Both the position numbers and the translations under genes were made by a program. Of a stretch of DNA of 64,000 nt, positions 12,711 through 25,715 are shown piece after piece. The stretch is from Kudoa neothunni (Eukaryota; Animalia; Cnidaria). The DNA is taken from assembly GCA_964304625.1 (NCBI GenBank), contig OZ199839.1, positions 4,653,376 to 4,717,375 of the forward strand. The letters are read 5' to 3'. The notes below the pieces were generated by a model. It was not told the DNA's origin and ran no database searches. It was given only the letters and a program-made list of their open reading frames with translations. Numbering within the stretch: position 1 is the first letter of the stretch; the number at the start of each line of letters is the position of its first letter.

Positions 12711-14232
12711 GGTATGTCGAAATTTTGCCGGAATATTCTGTGCGCGCGCACAAAAATGAGTAAAAATATTGATTGAAAATGCTTTCACAATTTTAAAAAC
12801 TAGAAAAAAATAATGACATGATCCTATACAAAGGTTATTTCTACGTGAAGGATTACCAAAAAAATCCATGCAAATACTGGAGATGCCAAATAAGGAAATG
12901 TAGAGGGAGATTGCGAACTTCTCCCTCTGTTGACATTGATTCCCTTACAGAAATTGGAACAAATAATCATATAATTGGTGATTAGGATATTAAAAAGAAA
13001 ATGTTCGAACAAAAAATAAGGAAACATAGCAGAAAATACGATGTATCCAACCAGCAAAGTTTATTCCATTGCTTCAACTGAAGAGAATATAAATAATATT
13101 CCTATATGCTCTAAAAAGTCGATTTATAAAAATATCAAAACTATCCCAACTTTCGAATGCTACAATGAATTAAAAACAAACAGTAATGAGTCCTTCTGTT
13201 TGTATGACTCAGGATCAGAAGACAAGCACCGAATTATTATTTTCACAACAGAAAAAAATTAAATCCATTTGAGGAATTCAGATTATTGGATGGCTGATGG
13301 CACATTTAATGTTGTTCCAAAAGAATATTATCAATTGTACACTATCCATGGGGCTATCTTCAGCGAAATTTTTCCACTGGTGTATATTTTAATGAATGAT
13401 AAATTACAGAAGAGTTACGAAAAGTTACTTAAAATTTTAGCAGAGAAATGAAAAGTCGCGCCACCGAAGAACATAATTTTTGATTTTGAATTGGCGGCGT
13501 ATAATGCTTTCAGAAAATTTTCGTCGAATTCAGTCCATTTTTGTTTGTTCCACTTTGGATAATGTATATATATCGTAAGGTTCAAAAATTAGGTTGTTCG
13601 AAGGAGTATGAAACCGACGAAGATTTCAAATTATTTAGTAAATGCCTGACATCTCTTGCATTTGTCCCTCCTGATTCCATTCTTTATGAATTTGAGAAAC
13701 TAAAAATAAAATCAAAAAAGTTTGAGAAATCTAATATAAAACAGTTAATGGAATACTTTCAAAAAAATTTCATCCAAAAAATCTAAAATACCCGTTAGTA
13801 GCATGGAATGCTTACGATCGAGTCCTAAACAATATTAAACTCAGCTCAAATTCGGCGGAAATTTTTAATCGTCATTTTTATTCACCCTTCAAGCTATCCC
13901 ACTCTGGAATATTCGTTTTTATTCAAAAACTGAAGGAACACCAGAGTATTGTAGAACAGAACATTTTATTCCGAATTTGTAACCCAAACTCTGAATTATA
14001 TGAAAATAAAATTAAATATGAGAATTTGAAAACAATAATTCAAAATTATGAAAAATATTACGACATAATTTTATTTAGAAGTATTGGCGAGGAAATATAA
14101 TTGGAAACTTCAATAGATTGAAAAATTAAAAATTTCATAGTTTACGGTTTGTTCCGTAGTTATATATGTTAATTAAGTACGTGTTTTTATAATAATTACG
14201 GCGCATGTGAATTTGCCAGATTCCGGCCAACC
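12711..14232 (+). mobile_element. FLYWCH-MULE transposon, pseudogenised
   Basis: YWRCQ...CRGRL (FLYWCH), WMADGTFNVVP, QLYTIHG, IIFDFELAAYNAF, CLFHFG, C-terminal YNWKL. Weak terminal inverted similarity. Confidence 0.85.
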
Positions 14233-14289
14233 TTCGCTATACGAATTATATAATATGAACAATTTTTAATGAATATCTTATGGAACTAA

Positions 14290-14790
14290 ATAAAGTCGTT
14301 TCCCTCACATAACATGGATAATATGATATTATTTTATAATAACACACGATTAAATTATTTCAAAGGACATAACGAAAAAATTGAATTATTAGATTATTGT
14401 ACAAGTTACCATCCTCATATTCAACTCTTTCAAATTTGATGGAAAACATATTTTCGATTAATAATAATTTAATATACGAGACCAAGTAATGATGGACATA
14501 TTAACAAATTTATAGCTTTCTAATTCAATTTATATTCCTGACACTCATCATTATCACTGCGGCAGTTTTTATCCAGAAATAGCGTAATACAATAAAAAGG
14601 CATAAATCGTGACGTTATTTATTCCTCAATAGAAATGTTTTTAACGTTGTCCATATTATTCATTTATTAATTAATTTATAAAAAAGTTGATTTTGTTAAA
14701 AAAAGATTTATTTGTTGGCAAATTTCAAATTGATGAAGAAACTATATATTTCTTCTACCATATTATAAATTTATTTGTATTTAAATCAAA
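14290..14790 (+). pseudogene. cox2: cox2 remnant (NUMT)
   Basis: HNEKIELL (..EIEII), *WWTY* at 14487 (QWYWSYE), SNSIYIP (DNRIVLP), TAAVFIQK* at 14556 (TAADVLHSW), GINRDVI at 14599 (GIKIDAV), DLFVGKFQ at 14705 (GLFYGQCS), all in order. Confidence 0.72.
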
Positions 14791-15420
14791 TTCATCCTTT
14801 AATATTGACTGAACCAATGAGGTTACATGATATTCTATGGCGAAATTACTACGTCCCAGAATATTTTCTATTATCAATGTTTATGTATTCCTTAGTTGGA
14901 AAGATAATTATCTATTTATCGCATCAGCATACATCTCATATGGATAAGGAACTGACATTATTGAACTATGCAAATCAGAGAATAAAATTATTCATGTTAT
15001 CTGAAACAGTATTACGATAGGACGACAACACCGATGTTGGTAGTAATTCAAATGAATTCATGGAATGTGTAGACATTTCGGTGATATGACTTTTGCGAAA
15101 ATTTACAGACGATACAGACTAGAATGAGCCAGCATTCAATCAAGATGTTGATAACAATAAGGTCGAACCATATTCCATCGAACAAAACGATATGATCCAT
15201 TACATTACTAACTTTAACCAAAATCAGAGTTTTCAAATTTTTCATACGCTTTGCATTATTCATATTGACAAACTAAGGTGATTCGTTATGTTGGGTGGGC
15301 CAATCCTAGAGGAATATGTAAAACATAATTGGAAGATGTAATGATAAATAATTCAGAACTCATAACGAATTATTATATCTGAATTCATTTTGTTTGTTTA
15401 TGTTTAACCAAGTAGGATTC
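14775..15420 (+). pseudogene. cox3: cox3 remnant (NUMT)
   Basis: QIHPLILTEP (HPFHLVDP), HQHTSHMDKEL...LFMLSETV (GHHT..VQ.GL...LFILSEV), QIFHTLCIIH (STFFVATGFH). Confidence 0.7.
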
Positions 15421-15429
15421 TATAAAATA

Positions 15430-15900
15430 CTCCTAGGAAATCCGATTACATAAAGATAAATGGAGCAATTGCAATGTGTCAGAATAATTATGATAGAAAA
15501 GTAGTTCCTGTCAAAAATTTGTATGAAGAACGAATGAATATGTACATTATCTTCGACCAAAATAAGGATCTGCGCCTATATATTTATTCTAATCATATCC
15601 TATATATAAATTTATTAATTTGCTACACTTTTATATTTCGCGAACGTATATAATAACACTATCGGTGTTATCAATAGTACTCATATTCAATCGATTAAAG
15701 ATGAGAGAATCAAAACAGAATACAGTATGCCCTCACGATTATGTGTAGGAAAGTATTGGTTGACTTGTAACGACGATTGAAAAAGCTGCTATGGAAATGA
15801 ATGTTAGTGGCGTTAATAAACTAAATTTACTACACAAATTTCATTAACGTTTAAAACAATTACGCGGTAACTCAAAGAGTTCAAGTGTATCAACTACCTA
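15430..15900 (+). pseudogene. atp6: atp6 remnant (NUMT)
   Basis: HIQSIKDERIKTEYSMPSRLCVGK resembles LIETIS.LIRPISLAVRL.ANI. Its position after cox3 supports the call. Confidence 0.45.
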
Positions 15901-16149
15901 TTTATCATTACAGTGACAATAAAATATTCGTATACTTCAACAAACGAAATTGATAGAAAACTTGGTGTGATTATTTAGAAATTTGTAGAACGTTCGAATC
16001 ACCGAAGACTATTTATTTAAATGAAGGCTGTTCTCATCTCATTGTCCATCGCCGGGTCATCATTTTAACCTTTTTTTATAAATTTCGTTTGCGCTCGAAC
16101 GTTGTTTTACAGTTAAACACATTAGTAATAGCGATATTTTAGTATTTTA

Positions 16150-17725
16150 CCCTATAAATTAAAAATTTGGGGAAATGTTCACTTTGAGGTTTTTTACGTT
16201 ATTATAGAACATAACGTAGTAATCAACTCAACACTCATTCCAACAATTAAGAACCACGTATCAACCCATGCAATATGTATCATATTGTGGGTGCCAACTC
16301 ATTTTAATTACGACAAGTATAACTAGTTATGTGAATGAAAATATACTGTGTAAAATTGTAATTAAAATAGTTATTAATAGGATGGATATTCATGGTCTCC
16401 GATTTTGGAAACTCCTCACTAAGAACATTGAAAACCGGAATTTCTTGGATCGACATTAAATTAATGCATATATAACAATATATCGTTTTAAACGTCAATA
16501 GATCTGCTGATGGTTGCCTCAACAAAAATAATTCCACTTCTTAATAATATTGTTTTAGACAGATCCTATTCTAAAAAAATCGCGGAATATAATAATGTTT
16601 TCTTATTCGAACATTAAAATAAAATTGTTAGTAACATTATATCAGTCTGAATAATCTATGCCAAAGGTTGTGTTTTAATCTACTGAATCAATCAATATCA
16701 AGACGCAAGTATGCTCGGTATTATTCCCATTGAGTGATATCTGTAAGTTAACACAAACCATCCATATATGCTTGTGGGTTAATACACTCCAAATACTTCT
16801 TCTTCTAAACAGCTGAAAAAAGCGTATATCTAACCTAAATAACGAAGGTTTCAAAAAAAATATTCCGAACAACGGTGGTAATAATTGTTACATTGGATGA
16901 ATCACATATGTAAGAGAATAATTGTTAACAACAAACTCTAAAAGTACGTCATAAATTCATAACGTTCGTATCGTATATATTATATCATTGCAACACAATG
17001 TGGAGTTATTTAAGTATTCACGAAATGACGTCGATTAAATTAAATTGCTCATTTCTGTTAGACAGTTTCACAATTAATTCAGTGATGTCTGATTGATTCT
17101 CGTCAGTATGGTCACAATTCACCGATTGTTAAAAAAAATCAAATTAAAAAAAGTTGAGCTATAAAATTATGGGTACGGTTTATTGAATACGAATATCTAA
17201 TTCATAATTCATGTCCATGTTGTCGTGTTTTCGAAGTATGAAATATTGCGTAATAACAGAATCATATATATATATATATATATATTGAACTTTATACATA
17301 TCAAGTTATTTAAAATAATGTAAACACAGTTCACTAGAGGAGGTTTATGGCCGAACGATCTCTCACCATAATTTTTCTATGTATTAAATACTTAAATTTG
17401 CATTTATCAATAAAAATTCTTTAATGCGACATAGAATCAGCTTTTGTATTAAATCCATTAATTCAGTGAGATATTACATATACACAGAGAACCAACAATA
17501 TATATGTATACATCGTATAAATAACTTCAATCTCTTAATAAACACAGATTCAGAGAGATAATTAGGAACACAAGCACAGTATCTCTAATTAATCATTTGT
17601 CTAAATTAAAAAATTACAATAAAATAAGAAAAAATATAGCGTACATACGTGTTTTTCATTATAGTAAAAAATTACTCATTAAGTATCCTTGTTCAGATTT
17701 CGTGGTCACCCACAATCTCTACCTT
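16150..17725 (-). pseudogene. cox1: cox1 remnant (NUMT), left-arm copy
   Basis: WEIVRP*TS (WTVYPPLSS), QLFSYIC.HPM*QLLPPLFGI ([21 protein letters not shown]), THKHIWMVCVNLQ (WAHHMFTVGMDVD), LLRQPSADLLTFKTIY (ILANSSLDIVLHDTYY), MSWHPQY (LTFFPQH), collinear over about 1.55 kb. Confidence 0.85.
17264..17285. repeat. (AT)11 microsatellite inside the cox1 fossil, same length in the other arm (21641-21662)
   Basis: Seen directly. Confidence 0.9.
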
Positions 17726-17823
17726 TATTGACCCCTTAATCAAAGTGAAAAATTGAATCTAATATGCAACGAACTTTTCAATGTGGCTGTAAGCCTCAAA
17801 AATCTCATTTAATGTGGTCTCAT

Positions 17824-18700
17824 ATGAAAAAAATTAGATTTATATTTTTAAGTTGTTAGAATGTTTACATTTCATTCAAGATTGATTGTTTGATAATAAT
17901 TTGAGACAGTTTGTAAAATGGTTGATGCTGTTTAACACCATATTGCTATTACTAATCCAGCGAAATGGTTGGTAGGACTACAAGTAACTAATAATTTTAT
18001 TTTTAATGGTGTCGAGTGAGACTAATTATTAGAATAACTATTCGAAATAACGAGTTTTTTTATTATACGCGTCTTCTTTATTCACATTACAAGTAACCAT
18101 AAAAATTACGAACTAACTATTAGAACGTGATTACTAATAATCTCATAAATTAACAATGTAAATATAAAGTTACTTAAAGGGTGGTCACTCAACAAAACAG
18201 TCCAAATATATTGATACATTATTGGGGTTAACTCTCCCGAAATCATATTGCTCACATCTTTTCATTATGTCACCACATACATCATGCAATAAAATAATGT
18301 TTTAGAAACGTAATCTTTCTAGAAAATTGATAATTGATAATGTTCAATAACCAAAAATTAACATTGTATCTTGGAAATGATTAATTCATCTATGACAATA
18401 AATAAAACGTTTTAGATTTAACTTAGCAATATAATAATGAAGTTTTAATAATTTTCTGGAATTTCCACGACACCGAGAATTCTTCGCGTCAATCTCAGAT
18501 GAGACATAATCGTTCAACATTTATTAAAACGATATGTAAATCACTTTTTAGATTTTTATAATTTGAACCGGCGATAAGAAATACAATATTGATAGTTATT
18601 ATGATTAATTTGGTGATGCTACGAGTTTTCGTGATTATAAAGTGAACATCCCATATCCTATCTAACGTATATCATCCAAACGTTGTAAACCGTGAGAGCA
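17824..18700 (+). pseudogene. cob: cob (cytochrome b) remnant (NUMT), left-arm copy
   Basis: 17999-18088 IFNGVEWD*LLE*LFEITSFFIIRVFFIHI vs [30 protein letters not shown]. 18200-18286 VQIYWYIIGVNSPEIILLTSFHYVTTYIM vs [29 protein letters not shown] (ungapped, TGA=W). The segment containing LPWGQMSFW appears deleted. Confidence 0.85.
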
Positions 18701-18719
18701 ATAAACATCACGAATATCT

Positions 18720-19000
18720 GATGTTAACAAATGTTGGATAAGTACTAAGTATTTTAAAATAAATCGATAATAAGATGTTTAATAATTAAAATTATAAATC
18801 ATAACATTAAGAAATAAATTGTACACTGCTATATAGTTTTGTACTATGCTTATAAGGCTTCATTGTTGTCATCATTGATAATCATGTTTATTATGGATTT
18901 GATGTAATATTTAGATCCTTATTTCAACCTTAATTACATATCCTGTTTCTCAATTTTTCAATTACTATCCGACTGAGACATTAACATTTTTTGTATAATA
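18720..19000 (+). pseudogene. nad6: Possible nad6 remnant (NUMT)
   Basis: YYAYKASLLSSLIIMFIM resembles WYSYILFLIYLGGMLVLFIY. Weak. Confidence 0.3.
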
Positions 19001-19170
19001 ATAAATTATTAATTATCCAAGTAAATTAATAATTGTAGAATTATTTTGTAGAAACCATTGGCTTTTATGAATTAATATTAATATTTATTTTGTGATTTTT
19101 GAATATGGAAGCCATTACTTCATTATCATTGCATCATATATCATATATTAATGAATGATAAATATAATCA
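19000..19170 (+). pseudogene. nad3: nad3 remnant (NUMT)
   Basis: IGFYELILIFILWFLNMEA vs IRFYLVAILFLIFDLEI, with a downstream YINEW vs FIYEW. Confidence 0.5.
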
Positions 19171-19199
19171 TTATTATTATGAATCAAGTAGTGTATTCT

Positions 19200-20093
19200 T
19201 AACTTTTCACCAATGTTAATACTTATAATTCGAAAAATGTTTTTAGAACCAAATGAATATTCATATTAAATATCAATAAAATTGATATCATCATAATAAT
19301 AAAACAGAATATTCGTGCATTCGAGAAATTTGATTTAGAAATTTGGTAACAACATAAATGTACGTTCAGTGAATTATTATTTGGAGTGAAATTCTAATTC
19401 AGTAATTGCGTACATTGCGGATTGATAAGTTAACAATAAGTATTAAATTATATTATAATTACTATAAAATCATTCCCATAGAGTTTATAATTTAAAATAA
19501 TTAGTGAACTATCTCTGACAATTATTCTAAAATGGAATAGGCAACGACTCATATGTCCTATATTGATCATAGGGATGCAAAATAATCATGTTCAAAACTT
19601 TGTGGCGTATATAATGATTACAGCAGAAACTAAACAAACCAAAAATATACATTAAGCTAGTTCTAATGACGACATTAATATTACGATATATTTGAATGAA
19701 TTTGATGGTCCAAGCAAATTAATTTTCTGACCCGAATAAATGTTATGGGCAATAATAGAATAAGTAAAAGATTAAAAAATACCTGCACTATGTAACATTG
19801 TAGTATATCCGCATAAATAGATGTCCTGTTGTATCATTCATAACATTGTTCTTCTCTGCCCCCGCAGCCAAAGCATTATTCTCAATATTTTAGATATATG
19901 GTTTAGTGAGATCTAATTTGTCGTAACGTTTAAATAACTTTTTATAGATAAAATAATAAATTCAAGAAGAATAAAGAGTCCTGATGAAATATGTATGTTG
20001 AAATAATTAATTATATCGTCATGGAGCCCCGTGGAGTTATAAAGGTTATCATACATCATAAAAAATATGATGATAACATATACTATAATGATC
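19200..20093 (+). pseudogene. nad4: nad4 remnant (NUMT), truncated at the right arm of the inverted repeat
   Basis: SAPAAKALFSIF*IYGLVR vs EAPTAGS.ILA..LLKLG.YGFLR, then IKS.LMKY vs LKSLIAY. Confidence 0.5.
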
Positions 20094-23000
20094 ATAGCAG
20101 TGTACAATTTATTTCTTAATGTTATGATTTATAATTTTAATTATTAAACATCTTATTATCGATTTATTTTAAAATACTTAGTACTTATCCAACATTTGTT
20201 AACATCAGATATTCGTGATGTTTATTGCTCTCACGGTTTACAACGTTTGGATGATATACGTTAGATAGGATATGGGATGTTCACTTTATAATCACGAAAA
20301 CTCGTAGCATCACCAAATTAATCATAATAACTATCAATATTGTATTTCTTATCGCCGGTTCAAATTATAAAAATCTAAAAAGTGATTTACATATCGTTTT
20401 AATAAATGTTGAACGATTATGTCTCATCTGAGATTGACGCGAAGAATTCTCGGTGTCGTGGAAATTCCAGAAAATTATTAAAACTTCATTATTATATTGC
20501 TAAGTTAAATCTAAAACGTTTTATTTATTGTCATAGATGAATTAATCATTTCCAAGATACAATGTTAATTTTTGGTTATTGAACATTATCAATTATCAAT
20601 TTTCTAGAAAGATTACGTTTCTAAAACATTATTTTATTGCATGATGTATGTGGTGACATAATGAAAAGATGTGAGCAATATGATTTCGGGAGAGTTAACC
20701 CCAATAATGTATCAATATATTTGGACTGTTTTGTTGAGTGACCACCCTTTAAGTAACTTTATATTTACATTGTTAATTTATGAGATTATTAGTAATCACG
20801 TTCTAATAGTTAGTTCGTAATTTTTATGGTTACTTGTAATGTGAATAAAGAAGACGCGTATAATAAAAAAACTCGTTATTTCGAATAGTTATTCTAATAA
20901 TTAGTCTCACTCGACACCATTAAAAATAAAATTATTAGTTACTTGTAGTCCTACCAACCATTTCGCTGGATTAGTAATAGCAATATGGTGTTAAACAGCA
21001 TCAACCATTTTACAAACTGTCTCAAATTATTATCAAACAATCAATCTTGAATGAAATGTAAACATTCTAACAACTTAAAAATATAAATCTAATTTTTTTC
21101 ATATGAGACCACATTAAATGAGATTTTTGAGGCTTACAGCCACATTGAAAAGTTCGTTGCATATTAGATTCAATTTTTCACTTTGATTAAGGGGTCAATA
21201 AAGGTAGAGATTGTGGGTGACCACGAAATCTGAACAAGGATACTTAATGAGTAATTTTTTACTATAATGAAAAACACGTATGTACGCTATATTTTTTCTT
21301 ATTTTATTGTAATTTTTTAATTTAGACAAATGATTAATTAGAGATACTGTGCTTGTGTTCCTAATTATCTCTCTGAATCTGTGTTTATTAAGAGATTGAA
21401 GTTATTTATACGATGTATACATATATATTGTTGGTTCTCTGTGTATATGTAATATCTCACTGAATTAATGGATTTAATACAAAAGCTGATTCTATGTCGC
21501 ATTAAAGAATTTTTATTGATAAATGCAAATTTAAGTATTTAATACATAGAAAAATTATGGTGAGAGATCGTTCGGCCATAAACCTCCTCTAGTGAACTGT
21601 GTTTACATTATTTTAAATAACTTGATATGTATAAAGTTCAATATATATATATATATATATATGATTCTGTTATTACGCAATATTTCATACTTCGAAAACA
21701 CGACAACATGGACATGAATTATGAATTAGATATTCGTATTCAATAAACCGTACCCATAATTTTATAGCTCAACTTTTTTTAATTTGATTTTTTTTAACAA
21801 TCGGTGAATTGTGACCATACTGACGAGAATCAATCAGACATCACTGAATTAATTGTGAAACTGTCTAACAGAAATGAGCAATTTAATTTAATCGACGTCA
21901 TTTCGTGAATACTTAAATAACTCCACATTGTGTTGCAATGATATAATATATACGATACGAACGTTATGAATTTATGACGTACTTTTAGAGTTTGTTGTTA
22001 ACAATTATTCTCTTACATATGTGATTCATCCAATGTAACAATTATTACCACCGTTGTTCGGAATATTTTTTTTGAAACCTTCGTTATTTAGGTTAGATAT
22101 ACGCTTTTTTCAGCTGTTTAGAAGAAGAAGTATTTGGAGTGTATTAACCCACAAGCATATATGGATGGTTTGTGTTAACTTACAGATATCACTCAATGGG
22201 AATAATACCGAGCATACTTGCGTCTTGATATTGATTGATTCAGTAGATTAAAACACAACCTTTGGCATAGATTATTCAGACTGATATAATGTTACTAACA
22301 ATTTTATTTTAATGTTCGAATAAGAAAACATTATTATATTCCGCGATTTTTTTAGAATAGGATCTGTCTAAAACAATATTATTAAGAAGTGGAATTATTT
22401 TTGTTGAGGCAACCATCAGCAGATCTATTGACGTTTAAAACGATATATTGTTATATATGCATTAATTTAATGTCGATCCAAGAAATTCCGGTTTTCAATG
22501 TTCTTAGTGAGGAGTTTCCAAAATCGGAGACCATGAATATCCATCCTATTAATAACTATTTTAATTACAATTTTACACAGTATATTTTCATTCACATAAC
22601 TAGTTATACTTGTCGTAATTAAAATGAGTTGGCACCCACAATATGATACATATTGCATGGGTTGATACGTGGTTCTTAATTGTTGGAATGAGTGTTGAGT
22701 TGATTACTACGTTATGTTCTATAATAACGTAAAAAACCTCAAAGTGAACATTTCCCCAAATTTTTAATTTATAGGGTAAAATACTAAAATATCGCTATTA
22801 CTAATGTGTTTAACTGTAAAACAACGTTCGAGCGCAAACGAAATTTATAAAAAAAGGTTAAAATGATGACCCGGCGATGGACAATGAGATGAGAACAGCC
22901 TTCATTTAAATAAATAGTCTTCGGTGATTCGAACGTTCTACAAATTTCTAAATAATCACACCAAGTTTTCTATCAATTTCGTTTGTTGAAGTATACGAAT

Positions 23001-24567
23001 ATTTTATTGTCACTGTAATGATAAATAGGTAGTTGATACACTTGAACTCTTTGAGTTACCGCGTAATTGTTTTAAACGTTAATGAAATTTGTGTAGTAAA
23101 TTTAGTTTATTAACGCCACTAACATTCATTTCCATAGCAGCTTTTTCAATCGTCGTTACAAGTCAACCAATACTTTCCTACACATAATCGTGAGGGCATA
23201 CTGTATTCTGTTTTGATTCTCTCATCTTTAATCGATTGAATATGAGTACTATTGATAACACCGATAGTGTTATTATATACGTTCGCGAAATATAAAAGTG
23301 TAGCAAATTAATAAATTTATATATAGGATATGATTAGAATAAATATATAGGCGCAGATCCTTATTTTGGTCGAAGATAATGTACATATTCATTCGTTCTT
23401 CATACAAATTTTTGACAGGAACTACTTTTCTATCATAATTATTCTGACACATTGCAATTGCTCCATTTATCTTTATGTAATCGGATTTCCTAGGAGTATT
23501 TTATAGAATCCTACTTGGTTAAACATAAACAAACAAAATGAATTCAGATATAATAATTCGTTATGAGTTCTGAATTATTTATCATTACATCTTCCAATTA
23601 TGTTTTACATATTCCTCTAGGATTGGCCCACCCAACATAACGAATCACCTTAGTTTGTCAATATGAATAATGCAAAGCGTATGAAAAATTTGAAAACTCT
23701 GATTTTGGTTAAAGTTAGTAATGTAATGGATCATATCGTTTTGTTCGATGGAATATGGTTCGACCTTATTGTTATCAACATCTTGATTGAATGCTGGCTC
23801 ATTCTAGTCTGTATCGTCTGTAAATTTTCGCAAAAGTCATATCACCGAAATGTCTACACATTCCATGAATTCATTTGAATTACTACCAACATCGGTGTTG
23901 TCGTCCTATCGTAATACTGTTTCAGATAACATGAATAATTTTATTCTCTGATTTGCATAGTTCATTAATGTCAGTTCCTTATCCATATGAGATGTATGCT
24001 GATGCGATAAATAGATAATTATCTTTCCAACTAAGGAATACATAAACATTGATAATAGAAAATATTCTGGGACGTAGTAATTTCGCCATAGAATATCATG
24101 TAACCTCATTGGTTCAGTCAATATTAAAGGATGAATTTGATTTAAATACAAATAAATTTATAATATGGTAGAAGAAATATATAGTTTCTTCATCAATTTG
24201 AAATTTGCCAACAAATAAATCTTTTTTTAACAAAATCAACTTTTTTATAAATTAATTAATAAATGAATAATATGGACAACGTTAAAAACATTTCTATTGA
24301 GGAATAAATAACGTCACGATTTATGCCTTTTTATTGTATTACGCTATTTCTGGATAAAAACTGCCGCAGTGATAATGATGAGTGTCAGGAATATAAATTG
24401 AATTAGAAAGCTATAAATTTGTTAATATGTCCATCATTACTTGGTCTCGTATATTAAATTATTATTAATCGAAAATATGTTTTCCATCAAATTTGAAAGA
24501 GTTGAATATGAGGATGGTAACTTGTACAATAATCTAATAATTCAATTTTTTCGTTATGTCCTTTGAA
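20094..24567 (-). repeat. Right arm of the 4,474-bp inverted repeat (duplicate cob 20226-21102 minus, cox1 21201-22776 plus, atp6/cox3/partial cox2 23026-24567 minus)
   Basis: Reverse complement of 14359-18832, with identical mirrored ORFs in the ORF track. It lacks the cox2 5' part present left of 14359, so this arm is the derived copy. Confidence 0.98.
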
Positions 24568-24597
24568 TCTTTCTGCTTTAATAACAATATATATAGA

Positions 24598-24971
24598 GCG
24601 TTTGTCGCCTCCTCTAGGTTTTGGTTCGATGTCTCCTGTCTTTTGGAACTTCGAAATTATTGTGGCCACGGTTGACCTTGGTAACTTAATTTGTGAGGAA
24701 ATCGCAGTAGCGCTCATTCCCAAATGAACAAGCTCATGTATTTGCTCCCTTTTACCCATGGAAATTGTCGTCCTTCGCTTCCGTTTCTGCTTCGATACTT
24801 GAACAAGAGAAGTTTCATGTTCACAGGAATCTGAATCAGACAAGCTCTCAATATTACTGTGGTGGTGGCGATCCATAACTAATACTATTTAATGTAAATA
24901 GCGTGGTAAGTTTGTGCTACAATGTGGCACATTTGTTAAATAACGTGGAAACAGTAATCTTGATACAGCAT
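24598..24971 (-). mobile_element. 5' fragment of a Tc1/IS630-like transposon (HTH region only)
   Basis: KRKRRTTISMGKREQIHELVHLGMSATAISSQIKLPRSTVATIISKFQKTGDIEPKPRGG (paired-like HTH plus GRPR-like motif). Flanked by the 10-bp direct repeat tatatataga (24588-24597, 24972-24981). Confidence 0.8.
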
Positions 24972-25049
24972 TATATATAGAAATTCAGATTTTTATTGGA
25001 AAATAAATGATAATGTTTAAACGCAAAAAAAGACTAATTAAATCCTTGA

Positions 25050-25715
25050 AGTTTAAGAAAAACCCATCGATTACACATCCTTTTAATGTTCATGTTATGT
25101 TTTTCCATTTAATCGATGCGATGTATCAAAATTCTAAATATTATGCTTTACATAATAAGTAACATTCTGAATTTTACTGGTTGTTTTCTTCATCGATGTT
25201 TTTGCGAAATAGCAAATATTGTATTCAATATTATATCAAAGACCAAATTTCTTATCCATAACATTTTTTATATAATTAATAATAAAAAGTTAATTCAATT
25301 ATATCCATATTATGTTAAAAATACACATGGTTATAATAAACCAAATAATAAAATTCGTTAAATTTATCCTAAGGTGTTGATTTAAAAAATTACTATGTCG
25401 TGCAGAATGAAAACTTTGTAGATTAAGTTAAAATATTCATTTGGGGCTTATGTATTCCATTCTATTACGAAAACAATGTAATTCTGTCGTATTGGCGTGT
25501 TCATCACGAAAAATTTAATAAATGTTATGATCGCTACATTTATTTTATTTTTTTTTTTAAACAAATATTTTATCTTTATTTATGAATTGCATACTTATTC
25601 AAGTTATAGCCGTATTTTAAAAACACAGAAGGCATCATTCTTTGTTACACACGTATTTTCGTCTATCTTAAGTTTAATGAATAAAAACTTTAAAGCAATT
25701 TCTTAATTTAAAAAA
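25050..25715 (+). pseudogene. nad5: nad5 remnant (NUMT)
   Basis: LLCRAEWKLCRLS*NIHL vs LFIGAVGKSAQLGLHTWL, VFHSITKTM...IGVF vs LVHSSTLVTAGVF, HTYSSYSRI vs IAYSTCSQL, FFVTHVFS vs HLLTHAFF, in order. Confidence 0.6.

Larger units (their letters stand above)
14359..18832 (+). repeat. Left arm of a 4,474-bp inverted repeat
   Basis: Reverse complement of 20094-24567. Mirrored positions always sum to 38926, so there are no net indels. The one mismatch I noticed is 14961 vs 23965. Confidence 0.98.

Noticed and set aside
18833-20093. Invertible switch cassette (mating-type or phase-variation style) between the inverted arms
   Set aside because: The spacer holds only decayed nad remnants, the identical arms give the same context in either orientation, and there is no recombinase nearby.
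14775-24151. The short mirrored ORFs as real duplicated small proteins
   Set aside because: They are residual open stretches (or antisense frames) of the cox1 and cox3 fossils.
14359-24567. Giant foldback or Polinton-like element with 4.5-kb TIRs
   Set aside because: No TSD at the outer ends, the arms consist of mitochondrial pseudogenes, and the left arm is continuous with upstream cox2 sequence.
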